Source: Geosiphon pyriformis uo1
Taxonomy: Eukaryota; Fungi; Glomeromycota
Direction of reading: 5' to 3'
NCBI GenBank assembly: GCA_016748015.1
Contig: JAAOMT010000468.1
Span: 558,001 to 622,000 of the forward strand
Length of the DNA: 64,000 nucleotides
The notes beneath the pieces were generated by a model that made no database searches, had not been told where the DNA came from, and was given only the letters and a program-made list of their open reading frames with translations. Position numbers and translations under genes: made by a program. Below, in pieces: positions 12,129 through 24,151 of this stretch (position 1 is the first letter of the stretch; the number at the start of each line of letters is the position of its first letter).

Positions 12129-15100
12129 CTAATTTAATTTTTTTCTGGCTATTAAGATTTTTATTAATAATAAAATTTAAGTAAGTAATAATTAGACTAT
12201 TACTTATTATATTTTAAATATTGTAAATGGATTTTTTAGGCTTAATAATATTTTAATTAACAATAAAAAAATAATGGCCATTCTTATTAATTATAAAGTT
12301 TAGATTTTTTCTTTATTAATATGTAATTGTCTATATTAATTGCTAAAAAAAATAAATTACACAAATATTTGGATATTTTTTTGTTGTTAAATAATTTATA
12401 TAAACCTAATCTGGCTAAAACATATTTGAATATTAAGTTTTTTGTTAATAAAATTTTAAGAAAAGCTATTTTAAACAAATAATTTTTTTATTTGGTCTTG
12501 ACAATTTTATATTTTATTATTAATTATAAATTTTAGTTTAATTTTATTCTTATTAGTATATGCAATAAGTAAAATACTTTAATAAAAAAAAGTTTGAAGT
12601 TAAAATCTGGTTTATTAATAGACTTCTATTTATTATTTATTTTTGTATAACTTAAAATTTTTTAAGTAGATACAAGCTAAATATAAATTGGTTTCTATGA
12701 ATAGTTTTTTAAATATTAATAGTATTTTTGACTGGTTGTTTAATTACAAGTTTCTGAATTTGTAGATCTTAAGTTGGTTTTCTAATTATTTTTTACAGTT
12801 TCTTATTTATATTAAGATTAGTTTTGTAAACAATTTTTTAGCTAGTGTTATAAAAAATTTTTGTGATTATAATGTCTTTAAAAAACAATTTGTTTTTTGT
12901 TTTTTGGTTTTTAGATAACACTTTAATGTCTTTGGTTTTAAGTAATTCTATTTTTTTGATGTTTTTTGCTTATTTAGATGGTTTGGTATTGCTTTTATTA
13001 AGCAGTTGTATAATAAAAATAATAATATTTTTAACTAAAAAAGTTTTTAATATTAAAAAAAACTGGATTTTTAAGATTTAGTTTTTAAGTAGTTTATTTT
13101 AACAGTCAAGTTTTTGAATAGTTTGACTTTTTATTATATTGTTTTATCTTTAATTATAAGTTTTTGGTTTTCTAATATAATTTATTTAAATAAATTTTTA
13201 TTAGTATAAAACAAGTTGCTTAGTGTTAATTTGATTTTTTTAATATTTATATTAATAGTTCTATAAGAAATTTGAATTTAATTAATATAAAAATTAATAT
13301 TATAATATTTTTTGATAATTTAAATTTGAATATTAATGTTTAGGTTTTTGGTTGAATTTTTTTTATTTTAGTTGAATTACAAATTATTGTATTAGCTCTA
13401 AAGTGTGTTTTTTTATGTAAAATTACAATAAATTCGAATAGCCAAACTGTTTTGGATATATATTTTTCTAAATTAAATTTAGTCTTACTAGATTTTTATA
13501 ATTATTGTTAAATTAAAATGTACTATATTTTAAATATTATTAAGAATAAGAATCTATATATATTTTGGTGTAAAGATAAGAAGTATTTTGGTATTTTAAA
13601 CAATAATAAAACTGATAAATTAATTGATATTGATTTTTTTTTGAATTTTGTTTTACCAATTTATATTCAAGAGAAATTTATTAAAGCTAATAATATATTT
13701 GTATTAAAAAATATGTGGTATTTTGTTTGTAATATTTTCAAACAGTTTATTATGCTTATTAAAAAATTGGTTTTGGTATCAAAGTCTTAAATAATAGCTT
13801 AATAAGTAATATTAATTAAATTTAATTATTATTAATATAATATTCTAATTTTTATATGATTATTGGTTTTATAAATAAAATTATAACAGATATATATTCA
13901 TATTTTATAAAATTTTGTATTATTAGTTTTTGTAACTGTCTATAAACATTAGTATAATAAGTTTTATTATAATGTATTATGTTTTTATTATAATAAAGTT
14001 AAAGTTTTTTAATTACTTTTTTTCTTGTAAAATAGATTTTAATGTTTATAAAAATTGCTAAATTTATATACTATTATGTAAAAATTTATGTTGAATTTGT
14101 ACAGATTATTGTTTTATATATATTAACTTTTTTTTTATAGGTTTTTAATAACATAATATATATAGTTTTAAATAAAAGTTTTATGTTTAAAAATTAGTAT
14201 TTAGAATCTTTTTTTGTTTTTAAAGATGCTAAAATTATTATCAATAAAATTGTAAATTTTGTATGTAGTTTTAAAATAGCGTATAAAAAAAAATTTGGCT
14301 AATTTATTCTAAACATTAATTTATTATAAAAAAATAGTTTGATTTTATAAAATAATTTAGTAGTTCTATTTATTAATAATTATATATTTATGTTTTTTAA
14401 TAATATTGTTAAATTGTTTAGAATTGTAAAAACATTTAGTGTAAGTTTTAATATACATAAATTGTGCTTTTTTTTAAATATATGCAATTTTGTTTTTGTT
14501 TATATAAATATATAGTGTTGTTTTAATCAGTCTAAATAATTAGTTATATAAAAAAAAAGCATAATTTACACTTAATTTAAATTATTTGATTTAATGTATT
14601 TTATTAAATTGTATTTAGATCTTATTTGTAAAATATAAAAAAAAAATTTAATATTATTTTTTATTATTAAAACTAACTAATAAAAAAAACAGTATTAATA
14701 ATTTCAAAAAATTTAAAATATACAATAATATATTATTATAAATTAATAAATTTTAGCTTAATATTTATAATTTTATTAAAAACACTTAAAATATTTTTAA
14801 TTATATTAAAAAAATATTTAAAAAAATATTATATAGAGTCATAATAACAAAAACAAAAGCAAACCAAATATTATAAAAAACTTACAATTTTAAAAGTAAT
14901 AAAAAAAAACAAAAAACTTAATCAACAAAACTATATTTTAAAAATTTAAAATACTATTATAATTCAAAAATTATATATAATATAAAAAACTATTTAATTA
15001 TAAAATAGCACAATTATAATTTTAAAAAAATAATAATTTATATAAAAATAATTATTAAATAGTATTAACAACAAATATTATTTTATAATAATAGTAAAAA

Positions 15101-15241
15101 AATTTCTTTCTCTCGTTCTTCCACAAATCCTAAAAAAAGAGTCAAAAGTTTTTTTGGAAGAAGTTTTTTACCATTTAGTATGATAAATCCAAACCATTTC
15201 TGCTTGATTACGAGGCTGTTGTTGGCCCTAGTATTGCTGTC

Positions 15242-17034
15242 ATGAAACAGACGGTTAAAAGTTCTGGCTTGGTGGGTGTTTCCAAGGCTGTTCTGTTAAA
15301 GAAAAAGAGAAGAGGCGGTGTTCTTGAGGACAATGCTGGTGTTGAAGAGGGTTTTACTAAGGTGCAAAGTGGTCGTTTATGGGGTTTGAAGACTGGTGAT
15401 ACCACGGAATCTAACAGTGTTAATATGGAAGAGGAATGTCTTGTTGAGAAGACAAGTTTTAATTATGGTGAAGGTGGTGTGCTCGTTGGTAGAGATTTGG
15501 ATCAAATGCCGAAAGGTTCACGGTTGATGACTAGGAAAGCATTGGGAAAACCTTTGGGAAGGATCGACTTTCTGGATGTCAATGATAATGATGATGTTCT
15601 TCTGGATGCCTCTCTGGTGATTCCTCCTCCTCTTAAGAACCTGGTCAATGTTTCGGTTAGAAAGTCATTTGCTTTGGACTTGGATCTGAAAGCAGTAGAA
15701 GGAAATTCGGCCCAGGAGAAGCTCAAAAAAATCAGGAGTTTATTTTCTGGAATTAATGGTTTTGGGAGGGCATCTACCCCCTCAAAATTCTCAGGGATCA
15801 TCAGAGTGACATTTACTTCCGAATCGGGTCTAATAAAGGCCACTGAAAAGGCTACTGGTGCGAATATCATGGTAAACACCGATCTTAAGAAGTTATCTGG
15901 GCGATCAGATTGGGCTGTGATCGTGAAAGAAATTCCAGTTGGAACATCGGCTGAGGCTGTGCGTGCTGCGCTATCCGAGTTTGGAGTTATTAAGGCGATC
16001 AAAATGCAGTTAATCGGGCTGTGGCAGAAGGCAATGGTGAAATTCAAACGATCGAATCAAGCTGATTTGGCTGCAGCTGAATGCTCTATCTTAATCAGGA
16101 AAGATGCTGTACGTGTGGCTAGAGCTGATTCAGACAAGGAAGCGTGGGATGTAAGGGACCAACATAGAGCGCTGCTCTACACATTGCCGATGGAGACCAC
16201 CGCTCATGATATCTGGGACTTTGTTAGATCTGTGGGTGGAAAAACGTGCATCATTGATTGTCATTCTGTTACGTATGCTTGGGCCAGGTGTGCTGTTGTT
16301 TGTTTCGACTCTGTTGAATCATTGGATGCTGTTATGGGAACCACGCCAGTACTCAGGAACACCAATCTCCACTGGTCTTGTCTTATTTCTACTAAATGCG
16401 CTAAGTGTGAGAAATTGGGTCACACTTTATTGGGTTGTGCAGTTGGTGGAAAATTATCTTCTGGTAGTTTGCTGTATAGGGTTTTTTTGGATACGAATAA
16501 AAGCAGGCTAGCAACCATCTATGCCAAACGCTCGGCTCCAGTTGCCCGTCCTGTCTCTTTGGTGGTCTCTCTTGGGTGAAGGTTGCTTGTGGGTGTTTTT
16601 CACCCCCCCTCTCTGGTCAGAACATTGTGGTGAATAATGGCTCCTCTTTGGAGATGAAACCATCCCAACAGGTTGCAATGGAAGTCAATGATAGGTTTGC
16701 CACTCTTGAACGCAGTCTTGCCAGCCTCGCGAAGCAAGTTGGTAAGCTGGCTAAGAGGTTGGATGCACTTAGGCCAACGGTTCCCCAGCCTAGCCCTGGA
16801 TGTCAGCCATTGATGACCCCTTCATCACAGGATCAAGGGGCGGATGTAGTGATGAGTGAAGGTTCAGGTGTGTTCACTAGTGGTGGGAATGTCGCGGGAG
16901 TGGTGTCTTTTGATATGTCTTCAGTGTCTAAGCTAGAAGACAGTATGAAGTGTCTAATGGAGACAGTTCTGGACCTCTTGGCCAAAGTAGATAGTATAGG
17001 TGCATTTTCAGTGTCTCTACCCCTCACCCAATAA
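15242..17034 (+). pseudogene. LINE ORF1 (nucleic-acid chaperone; RRM-like region, CCHC knuckle, coiled coil), frameshift near 16560
   Basis: CAKCEKLGHTLLGC (CX2CX4HX4C), VIVKEIPVG..LSEFG RRM-like segment, NDRFATLERSLASL coiled coil. Confidence 0.85.
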
Positions 17035-20000
17035 GCAGTTTAGTCTGGAAAGTTGCTACATGCAACGTCAGGGGCATGAACACTCCTGCTAAGCAAGAAG
17101 ACATTATTAGGTGGCATAAGGAAATGAACAATTTGGTTTCTATCGTTACTGAAACAAAATTGAGAAGTAGGATTTGTCCGTGGATTGCAGACAAGTTTGA
17201 TGGTATCCGAGTGTTCACTTCTGGTTTGGACTCTAGTCACTTGGGTGCGGGTGTTGCTGTTATCATGGACGTTTCTTTGGCTCATCATGTGTGCAAGGTT
17301 TCTGAGGTGTCTGGTCAGCTCCTTTCCATTAAATTACTTTTCAAGAGTAAACTTTCTGTGTCAATTTTGGGGCTTTATGCTGGTGCTTTTTCGGTGGTTT
17401 GGTTTTTTCAGACTGGTGAAATCAATTCTCTCATTGCGAAGGCTGTCAATGAATCTTCTTTCATCATTCTCAGTGGTGATTTTAATGAAGACAGCTCTCA
17501 TAAAAATGCAAGTTTCAAAAGATGCTTTGATTTGGGTCTGGTCAATTCTTTGATTGGTAGCCTGGCTGCAAAGATGCTCACTTGGGAAAATTCTAGGGGT
17601 GTTAAGAAAACAATTGATTACGTGTTTGTCTTCTCGAGTCTTGTCAATGTGATAGTGCATCGTAAAGTTTTAAATGTCAGTGAGTATTTTGACATGGACC
17701 ATCAAGCTGTTTCAGTGAATTTGGGTTTGGGCGGGCTCTTGGATACACATTTGAATTCTCTTTGCAAACAAGCGAATAAAGACCGTTGGAAGTTTGACAT
17801 CAAAAGTGCCAGTAAAGCTAAGTGGTTGGAGTTCAAGGATGTTTCAGCTGCTAATGTTTCTTTGTTCTTGGATGCTTTTGGTGTGACAATAAGATTTTCA
17901 GATGTGGACACTATGTGGAACATTGTTTGCAAGATTATGGTTCTTTCAGCGGGTGGTACATTTAAGAAAAAATGGTTCAAGAGTTTTAATAGCGTGTTTA
18001 CCAAGACTTCTTCTAGGTTTCACAAGCTGGAGCTACTGGTTTCTAAGTTGGTCAAGGCATCGCGTTTGGCTTCTAGTGATGGTTTTGCTTCTTTTTTGGA
18101 GGTGTGGCACAGACTCGACTCCCTTGGTACATCAGTGGTTAAGTCTCTGTTTCTTTCAGGTTCTAATTTTGATCTTATTCATTCTGCGCTGGCCAAAGCA
18201 AGAAAATCATACCGCTCCTTCAAATTAGTGGAATCCAAGCGCGCTGAGAAATCTTTTATCAAGCAGGCTATTAATAGGAGAATGGAGAGTTTTGAGCTGA
18301 ACAAGAGTCACATCATTAGGAGTGTCTTGGAGCGTCTTTTTCACAAGGTGGTCCTGGATCATTTGGTTGTAGAAGATGAGTTGATTTTAGAGCCTGTTTT
18401 GGTTAAGTCTAAGGTGGACGAAATTATGGAGGGATGGACCAGAAAACATGAGGTGGTGTCTGACTTGTCTGAGGATTGGGCTCATCAATATCAGCCTCTG
18501 GATTACGTGTTTGATGGTGCTTTCTCTGATGTCATGTGTTTGATTAGTTTTAATGAGTTGTCAGCTGTTGTTAAGGATCTTCCTGATGGAAAAGCAGCTG
18601 GTCTTTCTGGTATCTCCAACGAATTATGGAAACATTGTGACAAATCTGTTTTGGATATGCTTTTGGTGCTCTTGAATTTCTGTTTGGTTGGTGAGTTGGT
18701 CCCTGGGCCTTGGAGAGAAGCTTGGGTTTCAATGATTCCTAAATCATATGAATGGGAGGGAGTTCTCACGAACACCCGTCCTATAGCTTTAATTGAAACG
18801 GCCTGCAAGATTCTCTCCAAGATCCTTCAGATAGGATCTCTCTGGCTTGCAGCACTTTTGATGTTCTTCATGGGAACAATTTTTCAGTTTTGAAGGGTAC
18901 AATGACGCAATCTCCTATTTTTGCTATCAGTTCTGTAGTTGAAGATGCCTTGGAGAAGAACCGTGAACTTTGGCTGGTTTTACAAGACATGCACAAGGCT
19001 TATGACTTGGTTGGTTGGGAACATCTTAGGAGGAGTCTAGTTAGAATCAAAATGTGTGACAGATTTATTAGATTTTTTGGCAGTATTCACAATGGTCGTG
19101 TCAACAGAGTGATGACTGACTTTGGCTTGACTGGATCAGAGAGAAGTCTTCTCACCTCTTTTCTGGCATATTTTCTATGATTCACTTTTGTGCGAGGTCA
19201 AGAGACAGGATAGTGTGTATGGCTACAGATTAAATTCTCATTTCATATCTAGAACTGGCCAGATGGATCCTCAAGCTGGGCTGTCTTCGTTTCTTGCTGC
19301 CGGTGCTTTTGTCAATGATATTATTTGGGTTGGTAACAGCCAGGCTGCTACACAATGCATCCTTGATATTGCTAGTGAGTTTTTTAGGTTTAATGATATT
19401 TCTGTAAACAATGACAAAACGGTGGCCATCTCCATCAATTGCCGGATGCTGGATCCTTATTTAACTATCAGTGGTACGCCTATTTTCATTGCCAAAAGAG
19501 GGGAATCTCATCGCTATTTGGGTATTTTTTTGTTTTCTGAGGGTCTTTCAAAGCCTAGCTTGGCTAAAGCTCAGACTGATGTACGGTTTTTTGTGAATCT
19601 TGTTTTGAGAAAGACGATTTCAAACAAACAGTGTGCATATTTGGTGTTTGCAGTTCTTTTCCCTATCATCAGCTACAGGACTCAGTTCAGTTTTATTTCT
19701 GTTGGTGTTTGTAGTAAATGGGATGCTTTGGTACGCAAGATCTTAAAGTCAAAGTCTGGATTGTCATGTGATTTCCCCAGTGATGCACTCCATCACCCCT
19801 CTTTGTACAATTTAAAAACTTTCGAACAGATCCAGATTGAGAGTAAATCGGTCTCCGTTGTTGCTTTTGCAAATTCTACTGGTGTCTTGGGTCACTTGTT
19901 TTCTCATAGGTCTCATGATCTCCAGGTTCTCAGCTGGCATCCTCGTCATCCCTTGCTGTTTCCGGCTTGTGTTAGTATCAGTCCCTCGGATAATTTTTTA

Positions 20001-21692
20001 GCGGGTGTGGTTCACATTTTTTTTGGGTGTGATTTGTCTTTGGGAGGCCCTCTAGCTTGTGCTTTTTGTCATCGGTACAGTACTTTTATGTCTTTGGTTC
20101 TTGGTGAATCCTGTTTTTTCAAGTGCATCTCTTTGCTCAGGCGTTATGGAATTGCTTTCGTGGAACAGCTTTGTGACCGTAATGGTGATGTTTTCAGTTG
20201 GGGGACCTTCAAGTGTTGGAAGAGACTGGACCCTTGTGGCCCAGTCCCTTTCTGGTTTAATCTTTCTGTTTGCTTTCTTAGTAGTGTTGTGCCTCTCTCC
20301 TCAAGTTCTTCTTTGGTGGATGGTCATGCGGTGTCTGATATTTGTCTTTCTCATGATTTTAGTGTAATTCGTGACACTTTGCCAACCATTGATGCTGCCC
20401 GCCTTTCTGTGTATACAGATGGATCTCTTTCTGGTCTGGACACTGTTAACATGAAAGCAGGTGCTGCCGTCTTTTTTGAGGACATTAACTTGGGTTTAGG
20501 TGTTGAGGTGGCTGGTTTGGTTTCTTCTACTCTGACAGAACTGCAAGCCATAGCTTTGGCCCTTGAGTGTGTTCCTTTTTTTCATTCAATTGACTTGTTC
20601 TCGGATAGCCAGGCTGCTTTGGATGCATGTAGGTCAAAGTCTTCGCTGGTTCGTCTGGATTTCAGGAACCACTGTTGGATCAAACGTCGTCACATTGCCA
20701 CCGTCATTCATCAAAAGAATTTGGATGTGAATTGGGTTAAGGTGAAAGGTCATTCAGGTGTTTTAGGCAACAAGCGTGCTGATGCACTTGCCAAAAGTGC
20801 TGCTCTCTCTGCTTGGCGCCTACCTCATTTAGTCAGTGAACGTTTTCTATGTGCTAGTGGTACAGCAGTTTCTGGTAATTCTAAACACTTTGTTCGTGAT
20901 GTTTTTCAGTCAGTTCATCGAGCTCGTTGGGAGATTGGAGTGGGTTCTCGTGTTGTAGATGATAGTTTGTGTGCTGATATCAATTGGTCTAAGTTTTCTA
21001 TGGTGTGGCACCCCAATTCTCACTTGGCATCTGGTTTTACTAACATGCGCACAGCAGGCTGTTATACTTACTTTATGAAGGCTCTCCATCATCGGCTTCC
21101 TGTTGCTGTGTGCAAGCGTTTATATAATAGGAGATACCCCAGTGTAGTCTGTCTGCTTTGTGGTGATGTTGAAACCTCGGATTATGTCTTTTTGTGTCCT
21201 CAGGATGCCATTGGCTATGCTTATTTGTTGGATGCACATGCTTTAGCTTGGGAGGCTCTTTCTGGTCTTTCTCGCTCTTCTTCATGTGTCTTACAGGCCT
21301 TGGCTTTTTGTGTTTTTGAGGTTGGAGTTGGTGTTGCTCTGTATAAAGGCTTTGTTTTCAATGAATGGTTTCATGAGTCTGTCTTGGTCTTTAAAGATTC
21401 TAAGAAGGGTGCTAAGAGGATTGTGAGCTTTGTGCGTGAGTTTTGTCTAGCATTTCAGGATGATGTTTGGTTGGTCCGGGCCAGACATTGAGCGTTTATG
21501 GAAAAGCACGGTTTGATTCCACGTGATGGCTCCGCTCCTGCTTTAGTTTCTGGTTTGCCTATGGTGTTTTCGGCTGGTGTGGTCAGGTTGCTGGGGGTGG
21601 CTGAGACTTTTGGAGTTGGTTTTGGGTTTTGTAAGTTTTGTCCATTTTTTTCAGGTATTGGAGATCTAGTTTATGTGCATAAAGATGTGTAG
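17031..21692 (+). pseudogene. LINE ORF2: APE endonuclease, RT, RNase H, C-terminal zinc finger
   Basis: TCNVRG, GDFN, IDYV, DHQAV (APE); RPIAL, GAFVND (RT); YTDGS, ELQAI, SDSQ, KGHSG..NKRADALAK (RNase H); CLLCGDVETSDYVFLC. Start ATG mutated to ATA; ~26-nt deletion near 19133. Confidence 0.93.
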
Positions 21693-22270
21693 TATAATCC
21701 TGACTGGCCCGAGTGGCTGGTCACGTATAGAAAATGCATGATTCGCACCTAGTTTAGATCATTTGTATGATGTATAGCACTAGGTCGTGTTTGGACCTCA
21801 CTCGTTAAAATAAAAAAAAATATAATAATAATAGTAAATATTATTATATTAACAGCAAATATTATTTAAAAATATCAAAAATAAAGTATTATAATATATT
21901 ATTTTATAAAATTATAAACATATATATTTTTATTAAAAAAAACACAGATTTAATATTTTTTAATAAGAATAATGTTTTTTTTAAGCAATATATATAACTA
22001 TATAAATAATTATTAATTATAATACATATATAAATATATAAATTATTTTAATATTTGAAAAAATAAAAAAATTATAAATAAATTATAAAAATAAAAAAAA
22101 ATTTATTATTATTATTTATTTTTTAAAAAAAATCAATCATAATAAATATTTTATAAAAAAAAATAATCAAATTTTATAAGAACACAAAAAATACAACTAA
22201 TATTACTCAAGTAAAAAAACCAATTCAAAACTATTAAAAAAATATTATTAATATATAATAATATAGAAAA

Positions 22271-22350
22271 AATATAATACAGAATAATATGAAATAACTT
22301 AGAATAATACAAGATAATACACAATAATATGAAATAGCACAGAATAATTA
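22271..22350. repeat. Degenerate 10-bp tandem array (AGAATAATAC-like, ~8 units), possibly in a decayed LTR
   Basis: aatataatac|agaataatat|gaaataactt|agaataatac|aagataatac|acaataatat|gaaatagcac|agaataatta. Confidence 0.55.
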
Positions 22351-23201
22351 CTCATAACAGAAGATAATTAGTTATAATATAAAAAAATAAAACAATAATA
22401 GAAACAGCAAGCAATAGCTAATAATAACAAATAATTAAAAACAATCTTATAAAATTAAAGAATATGTATAAAAACAAATAATTTTAACAGATAAAAAAGA
22501 AACAACAAGCAAAAAAAAACCAAAAACTTACTTCTTTTTTTATATTTTAATTTTAATCTAAATTAATTTTATCTTATATATATTCATAAATCAATTTAAT
22601 AAAATCTTATTATTTAATTTATACATATATAATTATTATATTTTGAGTATTAAAATCAAATTAATTGTCTTTTTTACTTTTGCTTTAGACCAAATACAAT
22701 TAACATAAACAGCTTTAGAACTCTAATAACTTGAATTAATTGCTTTTAATTATAATAATTAATAATACTAATTTTTTTTGTTTTTTTTTGTTTTTTTATT
22801 TTTTTTATCTGAATTCTCTTTTCTTTTTTGTGAAATAGCAACATTAAAAATCAATTGTCTGAGAATAGACTTCATAATAGCCTAATAAAAGAGAGAAGCT
22901 TTTTTTAGGTTTAGATATTAACTTTATTTTATTAACTTACTAGAAAGATAAAAAAATAATATTAGATCCTAATAACTATACTTATTATTTTAAAAAAAAT
23001 ACAACAAAAACAACACAATTAAAAAACCAAAACTTTGTGTTTTATAAAAAAAAACTTATTAGATATAACTTTAAACAAAAAAATTTTTAGAAATTAATAA
23101 CTAACTTAATCAAAAAAACTATTACATTAATATTTAATTAGATTTTATTATCAAATTATGAATATTAAAAGTTACAACTTTATTTTACCAAGTTTATTCA
23201 T

Positions 23202-24151
23202 TGTTACTAATAAATATTTGAGACATAATTTAGCATAAAATTATCTTTATAATTTTTATTATTAATTAATATATATTATTATTTCAATTTATTACTTATT
23301 ATTTTATTAAATTGTTTGAATTACTATTTAATTAATAATCTGATTTATACAATACACAAATTATAATAATCAAATTACAGAATACTCTAAACTATGTAAA
23401 AATTTACTGAAATAATTAATAGTTTACTAAAATACTAAATAATTTGTAAAAATAGCTTGTAATTTGCCAAAATGTATTTTTAGTTTAATGAAATAATAGT
23501 AAAGAGAAAAATACAAATTTATAGACTAGTATTATAACAAGCTGTATAAAAAAAAAGCTTTTCTCTTCAAAAAAATATATTTTATTAGAAAATAGCAATC
23601 TTATATTAGAATTATTTTTCTTAGAACAAGTTTTTTATATAAATCAATAAAGTATTAAATACTTTAAAACATAATTTATTTTAATTAGTTACAAATTAAA
23701 ATTTCTTAAAAATTCTAATTAATGTTTTAAAATTAATTAACTACCAATTTTAATAAAACAAAATACAATTTTCTTAATAAAATTTTTTTTTTTAATATTT
23801 TTTTAATATTTTTTTAATATTTTTCTTTTTTTCTTATTATATACATTAAAGTAGTTTATAGACAAAATTCCTGTAAAAAAGTTGACTTTTATAACAAAAT
23901 AACTACACAATTTTAGTAAATTTTTAGATAAACAATTCCAAAAAAAAGTTGACTTTCACCAAAAAGTAACTATACAAATAACTAACATAAAATTGGTTAT
24001 TTTATTTATAAGTCTAATAGTTTAAATTATAAGAGATAATTTAAAAATAAACTCAGTTATTAGAAGTTTATTGGCTTCTAATAATTAAAAATTAATAGCA
24101 AAATAACAACAACAACAATTAAAAAAAAAAGATTAAAAACTTCTGATAATA
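23202..24151 (+). mobile_element. Strongly decayed solo LTR, family C, inverted relative to the other two copies
   Basis: Collinear with the reverse complement of 11119-12072. Starts TGTTAC and ends GATAATA (from GGTAACA). Flanks TCAT/TTAT. Confidence 0.82.

Larger units (their letters stand above)
10080..14646 (+). mobile_element. Heavily AT-decayed LINE (RT to 3' end), interrupted at 10436-12128 by nested solo LTRs
   Basis: Decayed equivalents of FIRFFG..NRVMTDFGL..GLDQGEVFSPLLW (10190-10340), NNDKTVAI (12255-12290), YLGIFL..KPSLAK (12360-12420), and the LINE 3' UTR plus polyA (14500-14646). 5' boundary approximate. Confidence 0.8.
15099..21824 (+). mobile_element. Full-length LINE (ORF1 plus APE-RT-RNase H-ZnF ORF2), inactivated
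   Basis: 14-bp TSD ATAATAATAGTAAA (15085-15098, 21825-21838), polyA tail and two ORFs with frameshifts/stops. Confidence 0.95.

Noticed and set aside
12287-13790. I/L/F/K/N-rich ORFs resembling mitochondrial genes (NUMT)
   Set aside because: The region is collinear with LINE ORF2; the composition results from AT decay.
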